A stretch of DNA of 55,201 nucleotides from a candidate division FCPU426 bacterium (GCA_030637655.1 DAOWGI010000115.1:1-55201); one strand, 5' to 3'. Positions 1 through 10,696 are shown, counted from the first letter of the stretch. Notes: generated by a model not told the origin, from the letters alone. Translations and numbers: made by a program.

Positions 1-194
1 AAACCACTATCTACAAAAGACTGCGAAATCGTAATCAAAATGGTGATCATTCCAATAAGCCCGAACTCTTTTTGATAAAGAAGTCTGGCAAGTATGATGC
101 CAACGGCAAAATTCACACCTTGGTTTACAAAATTATCCGTGAAGCTCCAAAACAGGCCTGATAATGTTTTTTGTTTAAGATTTTTTTCCGGCAT
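1..194 (-). CDS. WzxC-type polysaccharide flippase, N-terminal part (runs off the window)
   Basis: Not in the ORF track. Hand translation from ATG at 194: MPEKNLKQKTLSGLFWSFTDNFVNQGVNFAVGIILARLLYQKEFGLIGMITILITISQSFVDSGF, the typical WzxC/PST N-terminus (LARLLxxxEFGL...FVDSGF). Confidence 0.85.
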   Translation of the reverse strand, partial: MPEKNLKQKTLSGLFWSFTDNFVNQGVNFAVGIILARLLYQKEFGLIGMITILITISQSFVDSG

Positions 195-340
195 TATTCT
201 CTCTGGTTATTTCCCTCTGGAGCTTCCCCCCGGTATTCAACTCAAGGATCCACATATCGTTTTTTTACGTCCAACAACATTTGTTCTGCTGTCCTGTCCC
301 TAGGGATTTTGTATATAAAAGCGGGCGTTTTATTGATTAA

Positions 341-371
341 ATCCCCCCTGCCCCCTTTACAAAAGGGGGAG
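341..371. repeat. CCCCCTTT-x-AAAGGGGG hairpin repeat
   Basis: ccccctttacaaaaggggg stem-loop (351-369) in the wzc-wzx spacer. Confidence 0.4.
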
Positions 372-457
372 AATGACTAAAGTCCGACAGGCTCCTAACA
401 ATTGTAAGCCAGGCCGTGTAAATCCACGTCTCGCATCTGACAAATTCGTCTTTTATA

Positions 458-2062
458 TTACACTCGCTCATAGATAAATTTGGGAATCGGGAACGTCCGG
501 TTATTGAGAACCACACCCAGAATATTCACCTTTCGCTCCACCAAAGGCCGAAGGGTAATTTTGAGAATCTGGCGGCGGGTAAACCCTTCGCTCACGACAA
601 CCACTGTGGCATCGGTATGGGCAGAGAGAACCAAGGCATCCTTAAAACCCGTGAGATCCGAACAGTCCATAAGGACGACTTCATATTCCTTCCGCACTTC
701 CTCCAGCAGCTCCTTGACCTTGCCGGAATCCAGAAGGATAACCGGATTAAGCCCGGTCGTGCCGGCCGTGATCATATGCAAATTTTGTCCCTGGTCATGG
801 ATGACGTCTTTGAGCGCGGCCTTGCCCTCGATAACCTCCGCCCAGCCGGCCGTGTTTTCGATTTTCAATAATTTATGCAATCCCGGGTGCCGCAGATTCG
901 CGTCCACCAAAAGCACCCGGTGCCCGGCCTTTTGTGAAAGCAGCGCCCCCAAGTTCGCAACGACCGCCGATATCCCCTCCTTTGTCGACGAAGAGGTTAC
1001 CAGAATTGTCTTAACTTTCCGGTCCTTGACCAGAAGATACAACTCATCCGCCAGCATTTGATAATAATGAGCATAAGCTGATTTTTTCTTAGCCGTAAGC
1101 TTAGCCATGAATCCTTGGCGGGGAATAGAGCCCAGAAACGGCAAGGCCAATTCGGCCTCGACTTCCCGCGGAGATTTGAAAGTCGGGTCCATATATTCAA
1201 ACACAAACGCCAGCATGAGGCCGAGAAAGATGCTCATGAACAATCCTAAGGCCATGACAATAAGTTTACGCGGACCGGTGGGTTGCAGCGGGACCCGGGC
1301 CTGCTCAATGATCTTCACCGTGGCCGGGCCGATGGCCTCAATATTGGATAGCGGGTTGCCCCTTAACCTTTTAGCCATTTTGTCAATATTGTCTTTCAAC
1401 TGTATTATCGTCGGGTGTTTGTCTCCGTATTTAAGCGCCAGGTCCGCGAGCTGTTGTTCCTGGTCGAAGATAACATACGAACGGCTCACGACGTTGACAA
1501 TGGCCGCGGCGCCGATGGGATCAAAGTCCTGAACGCTGATGGTAAAAAGGTTCGTGGCGCGAATCGGCTCGACCTTGATCCGTTTCCGCAAATCTTCAAC
1601 CGCCCCGCGAAAAGCCAGAAGTTGCTGTTGCTTCGGCGTATAACGGACCCCCTGAGTTTTTTTCAGCCGCAGCATAAAATCAATAAGTTTACATTTTATT
1701 GGGGAAGCGTAACGCTTTTCATAATCCTCCGGTTTTTGCTTGAGACCCAAAGCCCGAACCGCGCGTTCCAGGACCGGAGCGGATTTGGCGATCTCGCTCT
1801 GCGTCAGGGCCTCTTGATCGTTGCGGTTGCCGGGAATATCCCGGGAATAAGGCGCCTGCACCAGTTTCGCAGCAGAGATAAGCATCTTGACCTGGGCTTC
1901 ATAAACCGGCGTCTTTAAAGTCAGGCTGATAAAAACCGTAATCAGCACGGTAAATATGGCTGTGAGCACCACGGCTTTTTGGCGAAACAGTACACGCAGG
2001 TAATCGCGGAGAGTCACGAAGGAAGTATGGGCGCTAGCCTCGGAAAAATTGAAAGATTCCAT
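458..2062 (-). CDS. Wzc-like polysaccharide co-polymerase with a degenerate BY-kinase domain
   Basis: Wzz N-terminus (TLRDYLRVLFRQK...PVYEA), two TM helices, CapB-like C-terminal domain (VTSSSTKEGIS, LLVDANLRHP, ILGVVLN). Confidence 0.9.
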   Translation of the reverse strand: MESFNFSEASAHTSFVTLRDYLRVLFRQKAVVLTAIFTVLITVFISLTLKTPVYEAQVKMLISAAKLVQAPYSRDIPGNRNDQEALTQSEIAKSAPVLERAVRALGLKQKPEDYEKRYASPIKCKLIDFMLRLKKTQGVRYTPKQQQLLAFRGAVEDLRKRIKVEPIRATNLFTISVQDFDPIGAAAIVNVVSRSYVIFDQEQQLADLALKYGDKHPTIIQLKDNIDKMAKRLRGNPLSNIEAIGPATVKIIEQARVPLQPTGPRKLIVMALGLFMSIFLGLMLAFVFEYMDPTFKSPREVEAELALPFLGSIPRQGFMAKLTAKKKSAYAHYYQMLADELYLLVKDRKVKTILVTSSSTKEGISAVVANLGALLSQKAGHRVLLVDANLRHPGLHKLLKIENTAGWAEVIEGKAALKDVIHDQGQNLHMITAGTTGLNPVILLDSGKVKELLEEVRKEYEVVLMDCSDLTGFKDALVLSAHTDATVVVVSEGFTRRQILKITLRPLVERKVNILGVVLNNRTFPIPKFIYERV

Positions 2063-2107
2063 TAAAGAGCTCTCCTTTTTTAAACAGTGGATTCATTAAA
2101 TTACACC

Positions 2108-2803
2108 TTAAAACATCCCTTCCGAAATTACTACGATGTCCCCTGGGGACAGCAAAAGGTCTTCGCTCGCGTTGCCTTTCATAACGGCATTGACGTTGAT
2201 TTTCAGCGTGTCATATCCGGGGCCGTTTTTCTTCGGACGCAGAACCTTGACCCGGCTCGATGAACCAAAACGGGAAAAACCGCCGGCCATGGAAATCGCC
2301 CGCAACACGGTCATGTTTTCTTCAATGGGATAAGAGCCGGGTTTTAAAACTTCACCATAGACAAAAAAATTGCGGCTGCGTGATTCTTTGAGCGCAACGG
2401 CGACCACCGGGTATTTCATATAACCGTCTGCCAGGCGCGCCTGGATTTCTTCCTGCACCTGGGCAACCGTACGGCCTTTGACTAAAACGTTGCCGATGTA
2501 CGGAAAGGTGATCTTCCCGTCGGGAGCTACTGTTGAAAAGGTGGTTAACGGCTCGGGCTTAAGGACGTCGATTTGGATCACATCATCAACACCAAGCGTG
2601 TATTCGGTTGCTGACATCACTGAAGTCCGGTCCGCTGATTGTCCGGGTTGAGTTTTATTGTCTATGGCCTCTGTTTGAACCTGAACCGGCAGGGACGCTG
2701 TTTTCTTCCCTACAAATCGAACCTGATTTTGAGCACAAGATACCGTCACTAAGAATATCGCGATAGCACATGTGCCCTGTACTAGTTGTAATTTCTTTTG
2801 CAT
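2108..2803 (-). CDS. Polysaccharide export protein (Wza/OPX family, short form)
   Basis: Lipoprotein-like signal (VTVSC), PES motif YTLGVDDVIQIDV..VAPDGKITFPYIG, one SLBB domain. Confidence 0.9.
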   Translation of the reverse strand: MQKKLQLVQGTCAIAIFLVTVSCAQNQVRFVGKKTASLPVQVQTEAIDNKTQPGQSADRTSVMSATEYTLGVDDVIQIDVLKPEPLTTFSTVAPDGKITFPYIGNVLVKGRTVAQVQEEIQARLADGYMKYPVVAVALKESRSRNFFVYGEVLKPGSYPIEENMTVLRAISMAGGFSRFGSSSRVKVLRPKKNGPGYDTLKINVNAVMKGNASEDLLLSPGDIVVISEGMF

Positions 2804-2830
2804 ATCCCCTCCTGATGGTATACCACCCGG

Positions 2831-4240
2831 CTATTTCGCTCCTCTGGCAAGTAGAACCACGGGAATGGTTTTTAAAAGAATTACCCAATCCCGCCATAAC
2901 GACCAGTGGTCAATATAGTCCAAATCTAATTTCATCCAGCTATCAAAATCTTTGATGTTATTTCGTCCGTTTATCTGCCAAAGACAGGTGATTCCCGGAC
3001 GCATGCTCAAGCGTCGGCGCTGCCAGTGATTATATTGCACAACTTCTTTGGGCAGCGGAGGCCGTGGCCCGACCAAACTCATTTCCCCTTTGATTACATT
3101 CCAAAGTTGCGGAAGTTCGTCCAAACTATATTTTCTCAGATATTTACCCACTAAAGTCACACGCGGGTCATTCTCCATTTTGAATACCGGCCCCTCCATT
3201 TCATTGCACTGATGATAGGTCGCCAGTTTAACCTCGGCATCTTCAACCATGGTCCGGAATTTATAGAGTGTAAACTGTCGGCCATTACGCCCGCAACGTA
3301 TTTGTTGAAAAAACACCGGACCCTTTGATGTTAATTTGATGAGAATGCCTATCAGGACATAGCTCGGCAACAAAACAATTAGCGCAGCACTGCTGAGAAT
3401 AACATCAATTATTCGTTTGAGCAATAGTTCCGATAATTTATGCGCAATACGCTCAAAAGTAAGCAAAGGAATTCCAAATAAGTGACTTTCCTTTCCTGTT
3501 GAAAAATGTAGGTTAAATAGATCAACCGCGACACTCGCCGTGACTCCGACGGTTTCACAAAAGCGAATCGTGTTTTCGATCCTATTGAGCAAAGTGCGCG
3601 GGACAACAAACACAACAATATCAATATTATGTTTTAAAATAATCTGCGGAATATCCTTAATAGGGCCGATGAGCTTATATCCCAATACTTCTTCCGGTCG
3701 TCCGGCGTACTCGTCGTCAACCAAACCGATAATCTTAAGTCCAAATTCACGGTGCTGGTTCACTTCGTTAATAAAGCGTTGGGCGCGAGGACCTGTTCCC
3801 ACAATCAGCAGGGTTCGAAAATTAAACCCTTTCTGTCGAAAATAGCGAAGCACCATCACATATATTGTTTTCTCAATGGCAATGCAAAACATCGTTAGTA
3901 TAAACATGACCAAAATAAATATGCGGCTGATGTAGGTTGTTTTAAACAAAAAATAAGTACTGCCAAATATTAATAGGCTAATAAATCCTGCGCGCATGAC
4001 TATGAAAAGGATTTCCCACAAGCGCTTCAATCGAAATGAGGCATACATCCCCGAGCTATAAAGCAGCGTACCCCACAAAATCATAACCACCGGCAAAATC
4101 CACAAATAGACCTCTAGTGGACCAAGTTGAACATACACTCCATTCAGAAGATAGTAGGCTAGAAAAAAGCATGCTCCGGCAATAGCTGCATCCACCGCAA
4201 TAATGGCGCGCCTATAAAATATGGTATGTTGTTTCAGCAT
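2831..4240 (-). CDS. Priming polyprenyl-phosphate sugar phosphotransferase (WcaJ/WbaP family)
   Basis: N-terminal TM helices, CoA-binding-like domain, [34 protein letters not shown]. Confidence 0.93.
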   Translation of the reverse strand: MLKQHTIFYRRAIIAVDAAIAGACFFLAYYLLNGVYVQLGPLEVYLWILPVVMILWGTLLYSSGMYASFRLKRLWEILFIVMRAGFISLLIFGSTYFLFKTTYISRIFILVMFILTMFCIAIEKTIYVMVLRYFRQKGFNFRTLLIVGTGPRAQRFINEVNQHREFGLKIIGLVDDEYAGRPEEVLGYKLIGPIKDIPQIILKHNIDIVVFVVPRTLLNRIENTIRFCETVGVTASVAVDLFNLHFSTGKESHLFGIPLLTFERIAHKLSELLLKRIIDVILSSAALIVLLPSYVLIGILIKLTSKGPVFFQQIRCGRNGRQFTLYKFRTMVEDAEVKLATYHQCNEMEGPVFKMENDPRVTLVGKYLRKYSLDELPQLWNVIKGEMSLVGPRPPLPKEVVQYNHWQRRRLSMRPGITCLWQINGRNNIKDFDSWMKLDLDYIDHWSLWRDWVILLKTIPVVLLARGAK

Positions 4241-4390
4241 AGTTTCTCAGCATTCCTTGTTAAAATTAGTGCTGAATACGTATTGTGCACCTGGCCCACG
4301 CTCGATCTAAAAACCGGTGTCCGAAGCCTTCATCACAGTTCCCTTGTATTTACCTTGGCCTGACGGCCAGGAAATTCTGCAAAGCTGGGG

Positions 4391-5536
4391 TTAAAATTCT
4401 CCCATGATTCCTAAATACACTACATTTTTTATATACCCATTCGTTTCTTGTGAGGATTCGTTCTTTGAATAAACGTAATTTAAACTTAATTTGGTTTTCT
4501 TGCTTAGATCGTATCTTCCCCGGACATTGACTCCTGAGAGTATGTCCTGAACATTGGTGCTTACATACGTTCCGCGCCCATAAAACGCAACAACCAACGC
4601 CTGAAAACGAGTTGTCAGTTTTTTCGCCAACTTAAGGGATACTTGCCAGCGATCAAGCAGGTCTTGCAAATAGGCAGTCGTTAAGTACTCTTTTTTTAAT
4701 ACTATTTGTCCTTGCGTGGTTTTATCAATGTCATCGATTAAAGCAGCCTGATACAACGGATGGATAAAACGCTGGTCGTTATAGGAATCGATAAAATCCA
4801 CACCGGTTTTCAGATCAAAATACAGTTGCGTTGTCAAAAAACGCCTTACCTTAACCGTCACTTCGTTCTTTTTAGCCGACGGACCGGGACTGAAATCCCG
4901 CTGGATATAGTCATACGCTGCGCTCAGAATCGTTGCCGAATTAATCGTATACGCCACTCCGGTGCCGACGGTATTCAAATTTGAATCACTCAGCTCTTCT
5001 CTGGAATAGGTACAAAAATCATTGTTATAGCGAAAATTCCAGGCAAGCTGTTGATTCAGATCGTGGCGATAGGCCACATTGAAATAATTATGATACGTAG
5101 AATATCTGCCGCTCGTCCGGCCGAAAGCATCCTCAAAGCTGTTTGGTTCTTCAAAATGTGAAAATGAATTATTCAGCGTAATCTGATCGTATTTAGAAAA
5201 TTTTTTCTTAAGGTGTACGTTCGTGTATTCCGAAATATTATTAAAAGAAGCATGATCAACAAAGAACTGGTATGCCACATCAACATCCATAGACCAACTA
5301 TGTGTCTTTCCCTCTTGTTTTATGATGATACCGGCCAAAACGTTTGTGACCATATCACGGATAGGGTTATTCCTAACATAGGTAACATTATCATCATAGC
5401 CTTCACGAAGGGATGCTCGAGGTATAATTTCCAATCCCTGCCAAACAAAGGAATACCCACCTGGAGATAACAAGATAACAATGAAAACAACCCCTGCCGC
5501 TATTCGCAGGTGCCGCAGAACAGGATAATAAATCAT
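4391..5536 (-). CDS. EPS-associated outer-membrane beta-barrel protein (EpsX/VpsM/BBP2-like)
   Basis: Signal peptide, EGYDDNV motif, alternating beta-strands, C-terminal YLGIMGEF with terminal Phe; first gene of the EPS operon. Confidence 0.75.
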   Translation of the reverse strand: MIYYPVLRHLRIAAGVVFIVILLSPGGYSFVWQGLEIIPRASLREGYDDNVTYVRNNPIRDMVTNVLAGIIIKQEGKTHSWSMDVDVAYQFFVDHASFNNISEYTNVHLKKKFSKYDQITLNNSFSHFEEPNSFEDAFGRTSGRYSTYHNYFNVAYRHDLNQQLAWNFRYNNDFCTYSREELSDSNLNTVGTGVAYTINSATILSAAYDYIQRDFSPGPSAKKNEVTVKVRRFLTTQLYFDLKTGVDFIDSYNDQRFIHPLYQAALIDDIDKTTQGQIVLKKEYLTTAYLQDLLDRWQVSLKLAKKLTTRFQALVVAFYGRGTYVSTNVQDILSGVNVRGRYDLSKKTKLSLNYVYSKNESSQETNGYIKNVVYLGIMGEF

Positions 5537-5791
5537 TTTTCTCCTTGTTCAGGTAGGTACTGACATCCCATGGAAGGTGCCTTGGAGCTTTTCTTAGCTT
5601 GCATAGGCAACTACTAAGTCAGCACAACGTTTTAGTCCCCGGCGTTGTTTTTTCTTAAGTTCATTTATTAGTGTTTTTACGCTTTTTATTACTGATAGGA
5701 ATTTTTTTTAAAAATAAACATATCATTCCTGTTAAAAAGTGTCAATTGTTTTATACCGCACTGTTGCACTGTTGCAGAAGATCCAATAAAG

Positions 5792-7042
5792 TTATCCCTT
5801 ATTCTTACGCATATGCTTGATCTGTCCCGCAATCTTAGCCGGCAGTTCGACTTGCAAAGACATGGAATTGGTACCATAGGTTTCTTTGATCACCCGGCCG
5901 CGTTTGAGTACCAAAGCACGTATGTCAGCTTCATTATAATTCAAACGCAGATGTATTCGCTGCCAGCTCTCAGCCAGTTTGACTTTAATCGCTTCCAGCA
6001 ATTTTTCCAAGCCTATCTTGTGCAAAGCCGAAACCAACACACACCCGGGAAATTGGTGACGCAAACGGTGATGTTTGGCGCGGCTGACTTTATCTGTTTT
6101 ATTAAATACTAAAATTTCAGGTTTCTCCTGCGCGCCCAAATCAGCCAACACTTGCTCCACCACCTGAATATGGCCCTCCCAATCCGAATGAGCGCAATCA
6201 ATCACATGCAGCAGCAAGTCCGCTGAAACAACTTCTTCCAAGGTTCCGCGAAAAGCGGCAACCAAGTGATGCGGCAAACGCCGAATAAATCCAACGGTGT
6301 CTGTTAATAATATTTCCTGACTTGGAGGCAAAACCAATTTTCGGGTCGAAAGATCCAAAGTGGCAAAAAGTTTGTCTTCCACAAAAGCCTGTTCCCCGGT
6401 CAAACTTCTAAGCAGGGCGGATTTTCCGGCATTGGTATATCCGACCAGGGAGACCAAAGAGAGTTGGGCTGCTTCCCGATCCAGGCGATGCAGTTTCCGA
6501 GTTCGTTTAAGGGTTTCCAACTGCTTCTTCAAATGCGCAACCCGGGCACGCAAACGTCGGCGATCGTATTCCAGTTTAGTTTCACCAGGTCCGCGGGTTC
6601 CAATACCCCCACCCAAGCGGGAAAGTTCCGTCCCTTTACCAACTAAACGCGGAAGCAAATATGAAAGCTGGGCCATTTCCACCTGTAATTTGCCTTCATG
6701 TGTTTTCGCGCGTCTGGCAAAAATATCCAGAATCAATTGGGTCCGGTCAATGACCCGGATCTGCCAGGCTTGTTCCAAATTTCTCTGTTGGCTGGGTTTC
6801 AATTCATGATCCACGATAAGCAGATCAATGTCTCCGGCTCGGATCTGTTTGTTTAACTCTTCAACCTGGCCAGGTCCAAAAAAAAGCGCAGCCGTGGGCC
6901 GGGTACGAGAAAAAACATGCTTGCCTTGTACTACGCCTCCGGCAGTGATGGCCAGACGTTCCAATTCCTGCAATGACTCATCACTGTCTTCCGGTCCGCC
7001 CTGATAGGTAAGACTTAAAAGAAATACATTTTCCGCTTCCAT
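5792..7042 (-). CDS. hflX: GTPase HflX
   Basis: GIGTRGPGETKLE, GYTNAGKS, LFATLD, DTVGFI, NKTD motifs. Confidence 0.97.
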   Translation of the reverse strand: MEAENVFLLSLTYQGGPEDSDESLQELERLAITAGGVVQGKHVFSRTRPTAALFFGPGQVEELNKQIRAGDIDLLIVDHELKPSQQRNLEQAWQIRVIDRTQLILDIFARRAKTHEGKLQVEMAQLSYLLPRLVGKGTELSRLGGGIGTRGPGETKLEYDRRRLRARVAHLKKQLETLKRTRKLHRLDREAAQLSLVSLVGYTNAGKSALLRSLTGEQAFVEDKLFATLDLSTRKLVLPPSQEILLTDTVGFIRRLPHHLVAAFRGTLEEVVSADLLLHVIDCAHSDWEGHIQVVEQVLADLGAQEKPEILVFNKTDKVSRAKHHRLRHQFPGCVLVSALHKIGLEKLLEAIKVKLAESWQRIHLRLNYNEADIRALVLKRGRVIKETYGTNSMSLQVELPAKIAGQIKHMRKNKG

Positions 7043-7077
7043 TCTGATCCTTCAGGCGATCTATGAATACATGTTTC

Positions 7078-7299
7078 TAATATGTCAGTAAACTACAGTT
7101 AAACAAAGGCTGCCATACCCGCAGAATTTTTATATTCCTGTAGGGGCAGGGCTTGCCCCTGCCCTGGTTTTAATTTGAAGGGCACCCGCAAGGGGTGCCC
7201 CTACGATTAAAATTATCTGCGTCTATCTGCGTTCATCGGCGGTTAATTTGGGTTCCGGTTTATCCGGATTAGGTTTTTCCCGCTTGACTGACATATTAC
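7078..7299. mobile_element. MITE copy 1 (TIR TAATATGTCAGT), carrying REP cargo
   Basis: Perfect 12-bp TIRs at 7078-7089 and 7287-7298; 8-bp direct repeat CATGTTTC at 7070-7077 and 7300-7307. Confidence 0.8.
7140..7204. repeat. Inverted pair of GTAG-type REP hairpins
   Basis: gtaggggcagggcttgcccctgccc ... gggcacccgcaaggggtgcccctac. Confidence 0.8.
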
Positions 7300-7410
7300 C
7301 ATGTTTCCCAGCTTTTTGTAGACCACCTCTGCAGCATATGGTAGTATTAAATATCTTTCAAGCCAAATCTATAATATAGCAATTAAATTCTCCTATGCTA
7401 TGAGGTTATT

Positions 7411-9957
7411 ATGTCAGGAAAAGTCTGTTTTCCCTTTGTTTTGTTAGTTTTTCTACTACTGACCAGCCTGTTTCCCGGATACAGTGAATCTTCGAATTCC
7501 TTCCACGCTCCTACTCCCCATCTGGCAGTATCCAATCCAACTCAAAATTCCATTCAAGTCCAATGGGAAGCTATTACTGTCGCGACCCGGTATGAGCTTT
7601 CATACGGAACTGATGAGCAAGCAAAAAATCGTGGCCGGATATTTGTCTCTACCACCAACAAAACCCTCACCCGTCTGACCGGCAACACCATTTATCGTGT
7701 CAAGGTACGTGCTGTGGTTCACGGCAGGGCCGGCAAGTGGAGCCCGATTATTGAGTTTTCCACGCAGATTCCAATCATGACTGATCTGGAAGCGGATGAT
7801 GTGCGTGACACTTCAGTACATCTTGTTTGGGGTGATCGTTACCGGGATTTGCCGGAAACCTATTACGAAATTTCCTATGGCACTGATCCGGATGCCACGT
7901 CTGATGGTCAGCGTTCAGCTAATGGGAATTTTCTGACCATACGTGATCTGACTTTGAATACGACGTATTATGTAAAACTTCGGGTCCGTAATCCGAAAAC
8001 CTCCGGTCCCTGGAGCGCGCCAGTGTCATTTACCACACTCTCCTATTCTCTGGACATGGCCCCGACAGGTATCAACCTGCGCAGCGATAAAAACTCGACA
8101 ATCATATTAAATTGGAATCCCATCGCCGGATCCGAAAGTTATGACATCGCGTATGGTACTGATCCGATTGCTGAAAATATCGGTATTATTCCCACAGACA
8201 GCAATTACTTCAAATTCAATCTCTCTCCGAATACCAACTATTATTTCAAGGTTCGCTCCGTGATGCACGGCACCACCGGTCTTTGGAGCAAAATCAAACC
8301 CTTTCTCACTTTACCGGCCAGGCCGCGCGGTTTAAACGTGTTGGCCCAAACTTCGCAACAAACCATTATCGTATGGCAACCGCCATCCGGCGCGCGTATT
8401 GCCCGGTATTATCATATACAATGGGGAACCGATGCCCAGGGTACCAATCGAGGTATTACCGTAACTGCCAATACCACCTATACGCTGACAAACCTGAAAC
8501 TTAATCAGACTTACGCGGTACGCGTACGTACGCTTAATGCCGCCGGCCCCAGTGTCTGGAGCAAACCGCTCCCCTTCACTACCCTACCCTCTGGTCTGAA
8601 GCAAGTAAAAGTATTCAGTGTGAAACACACCCGAGCTAAAATTAAATGGGCCACAGTCAACAATGCCACAGGTTATGAAATTGCCTTTGGCTCCGATATT
8701 GAAGCGCAAAACAAGTCTGTCCTTGAGGTAAAGGGGCCGCCCGCGCTTTTGGAGGACCTGCTTCCGGAACTCACTTATTATGTAAAAGTCCGGCCTCTGC
8801 TGCCTAAGCGTCAAGTAGGTACCTGGTCAAACATTATTAGTTTCACCACCTTTCCGGTTCCCCAACAGCCACACCAACCTTCTGTGCGAAAAGTTTGTGG
8901 TACGTATGTCTATTTGACTTGGACTGCTTTTGAGATGATCAGTACGTATGAAATATTACTTTCCACTGATGCGGTGGCCATGGTAGGAAAAAATTATACT
9001 TTTCAACAACCGCAAGCCCGTTTGCGCGAACTCAAACAGAACAGTATATATTATGTAAAATTACGCGCTATGAATTTAGGCGGTCCGGGTGAATGGTCAA
9101 AACCTGTGGCTTTTACCACCCAACCTGTTGAATCCCCGGACAAACTCGAAGCAGACAATATTCTGCCTACTGAAGTTGTTATCCGTTGGGATGCAATATC
9201 CGGAAACGCCCCTACCTCGTACAACATCCGTTACGCGGCAGAAGATGCGAAATGGACCTCATTTACCGGCTATACGTCTCAAGCCATCAACCTGACCCAA
9301 CTCATTCCGGACCAAAAATACCAAGTACAAGTCTGTGGCAATAACAAATCAGGCCTTGGTCCTTGGAGCAAAGCCATAACTTTTAAGACCCCACTCGCTC
9401 CTCCGGCCAAGGCGCCGGACCAGCTAACTGCCTTGTTAGTCTCGGATATTTCCGCCACCTTGCAATGGAAAGCATTGCCAATGGTCAAGGGATATCAACT
9501 CAGCTACGGTTCTAATCCGGATGCCGGCAATCTTGGCGCTGAGGATGTAAAAAAGACCAAATACAAACTCCCCGGATTGATGCCGGATACAGGATACTAC
9601 ATCAAGGTCAAAGCCTATAATGACTCCGGAGATGGTCCCTGGTCAGATACGATTTTGCTCACCACCAATCCTGCACCACCCATTTCTCCCCCCAGTAACG
9701 TCAGTATCTTGGACACTTCTGAAAACTTCATTTCTCTGTTGTGGGATGTTACTGCCCCGGCACTGCGCTACGAGGTCAGCATCGGAACTGATCCCAAAGG
9801 AATAAATCTCGGTGATCCCAAGTCCATCTTCACCCCTCCGTATATCTTCACTGAGCTAAACCCAGATACAACCTATTTTGTGAAAGTGCGGAGTGTTAAC
9901 CGGGGTGGTGGTGGTCCGTGGAGCCATATTATCAAGATAACCACCTTGAGTGAATAA
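7411..9957 (+). CDS. Secreted protein made of 9 tandem fibronectin type III domains
   Basis: Signal peptide; nine repeats each with W..YE.xYGTD..L.PxTxYxVKVRA..GxWS..FTT. Confidence 0.9.
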   Translation: MSGKVCFPFVLLVFLLLTSLFPGYSESSNSFHAPTPHLAVSNPTQNSIQVQWEAITVATRYELSYGTDEQAKNRGRIFVSTTNKTLTRLTGNTIYRVKVRAVVHGRAGKWSPIIEFSTQIPIMTDLEADDVRDTSVHLVWGDRYRDLPETYYEISYGTDPDATSDGQRSANGNFLTIRDLTLNTTYYVKLRVRNPKTSGPWSAPVSFTTLSYSLDMAPTGINLRSDKNSTIILNWNPIAGSESYDIAYGTDPIAENIGIIPTDSNYFKFNLSPNTNYYFKVRSVMHGTTGLWSKIKPFLTLPARPRGLNVLAQTSQQTIIVWQPPSGARIARYYHIQWGTDAQGTNRGITVTANTTYTLTNLKLNQTYAVRVRTLNAAGPSVWSKPLPFTTLPSGLKQVKVFSVKHTRAKIKWATVNNATGYEIAFGSDIEAQNKSVLEVKGPPALLEDLLPELTYYVKVRPLLPKRQVGTWSNIISFTTFPVPQQPHQPSVRKVCGTYVYLTWTAFEMISTYEILLSTDAVAMVGKNYTFQQPQARLRELKQNSIYYVKLRAMNLGGPGEWSKPVAFTTQPVESPDKLEADNILPTEVVIRWDAISGNAPTSYNIRYAAEDAKWTSFTGYTSQAINLTQLIPDQKYQVQVCGNNKSGLGPWSKAITFKTPLAPPAKAPDQLTALLVSDISATLQWKALPMVKGYQLSYGSNPDAGNLGAEDVKKTKYKLPGLMPDTGYYIKVKAYNDSGDGPWSDTILLTTNPAPPISPPSNVSILDTSENFISLLWDVTAPALRYEVSIGTDPKGINLGDPKSIFTPPYIFTELNPDTTYFVKVRSVNRGGGGPWSHIIKITTLSE

Positions 9958-9979
9958 ATAATAGGAACGACACTATATC

Positions 9980-10009
9980 TGTAGGGGTTCAAAATTTTGA
10001 ACCCCTACA
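9980..10009. repeat. Perfect 30-bp GTAG-REP palindrome between convergent genes (possible bidirectional terminator)
   Basis: tgtaggggttcaaaattttgaacccctaca. Confidence 0.8.
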
Positions 10010-10028
10010 AAATGGCTGGAAATAATTT

Positions 10029-10646
10029 TTATTCCGGTTTTAATTTAAATCGTTTTACATCCTGCTGTAATTGATTCAAAAGCTGGTTCAGTTTTCCCAA
10101 ATCTTTGGTGACCTCTGCTGAGGCGCCGGATTTCTGAGTATCTTTTCCGGATTGCAAACGTTTGCTGACCACCACCATCTCCTCAACCAGTTTGCGATCC
10201 GACGACAAACTATGGCGCAAGGTATATAGCATATCATTAATGGTTTCCGCCAGGTGCCGAAATTCATCGCTCTTGCGCAACCCTATGCGCGGGGTTAAAT
10301 CTCCTGCCATTATGGCCTTAAACGTTTTTTCAAAGCGATAGACCGGCCCGGCAATAGAGTGCGAAATAAAAATTGATAAAAATGCCGAAATCACCAGAAA
10401 CAAGAGCAAAATAACAATAAGCGTATTGTTGACAGAGCTAAACAAAGCGGCAAATTGTGAGGCTATCTGCGGCACATGGTAAAACTCATCCATAATCCGC
10501 GCCCAGGTGGTATAGTAGACCGTAAAAGCAATAACCAAAGCCATCATAATAATCCCAAACATAACACGGCTAATGTACCGGAACTGAAAATCCTTATTAA
10601 TGAGATAATTTTTTCTGCGCCACTGCATAACGGTTCCACCTCCCAC
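10029..10646 (-). CDS. Two-TM HAMP-domain membrane protein (start probably ATG 10628)
   Basis: RRKNYLINKDFQFRY N-terminus, SHSIAGPVYRF..GDL..RIGLRKSDEF HAMP signature, coiled-coil tail. Confidence 0.8.
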   Translation of the reverse strand: MGGGTVMQWRRKNYLINKDFQFRYISRVMFGIIMMALVIAFTVYYTTWARIMDEFYHVPQIASQFAALFSSVNNTLIVILLLFLVISAFLSIFISHSIAGPVYRFEKTFKAIMAGDLTPRIGLRKSDEFRHLAETINDMLYTLRHSLSSDRKLVEEMVVVSKRLQSGKDTQKSGASAEVTKDLGKLNQLLNQLQQDVKRFKLKPE

Positions 10647-10696
10647 AAGGTCGAAAAAGCAACGAATCTCAGCTTAGGCTGAAAGGAATAAAAGTA

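Noticed and set aside
94-380. Plus-strand 69-aa ORFs
   Set aside because: Shadow frames of the minus-strand flippase start and intergenic repeats.
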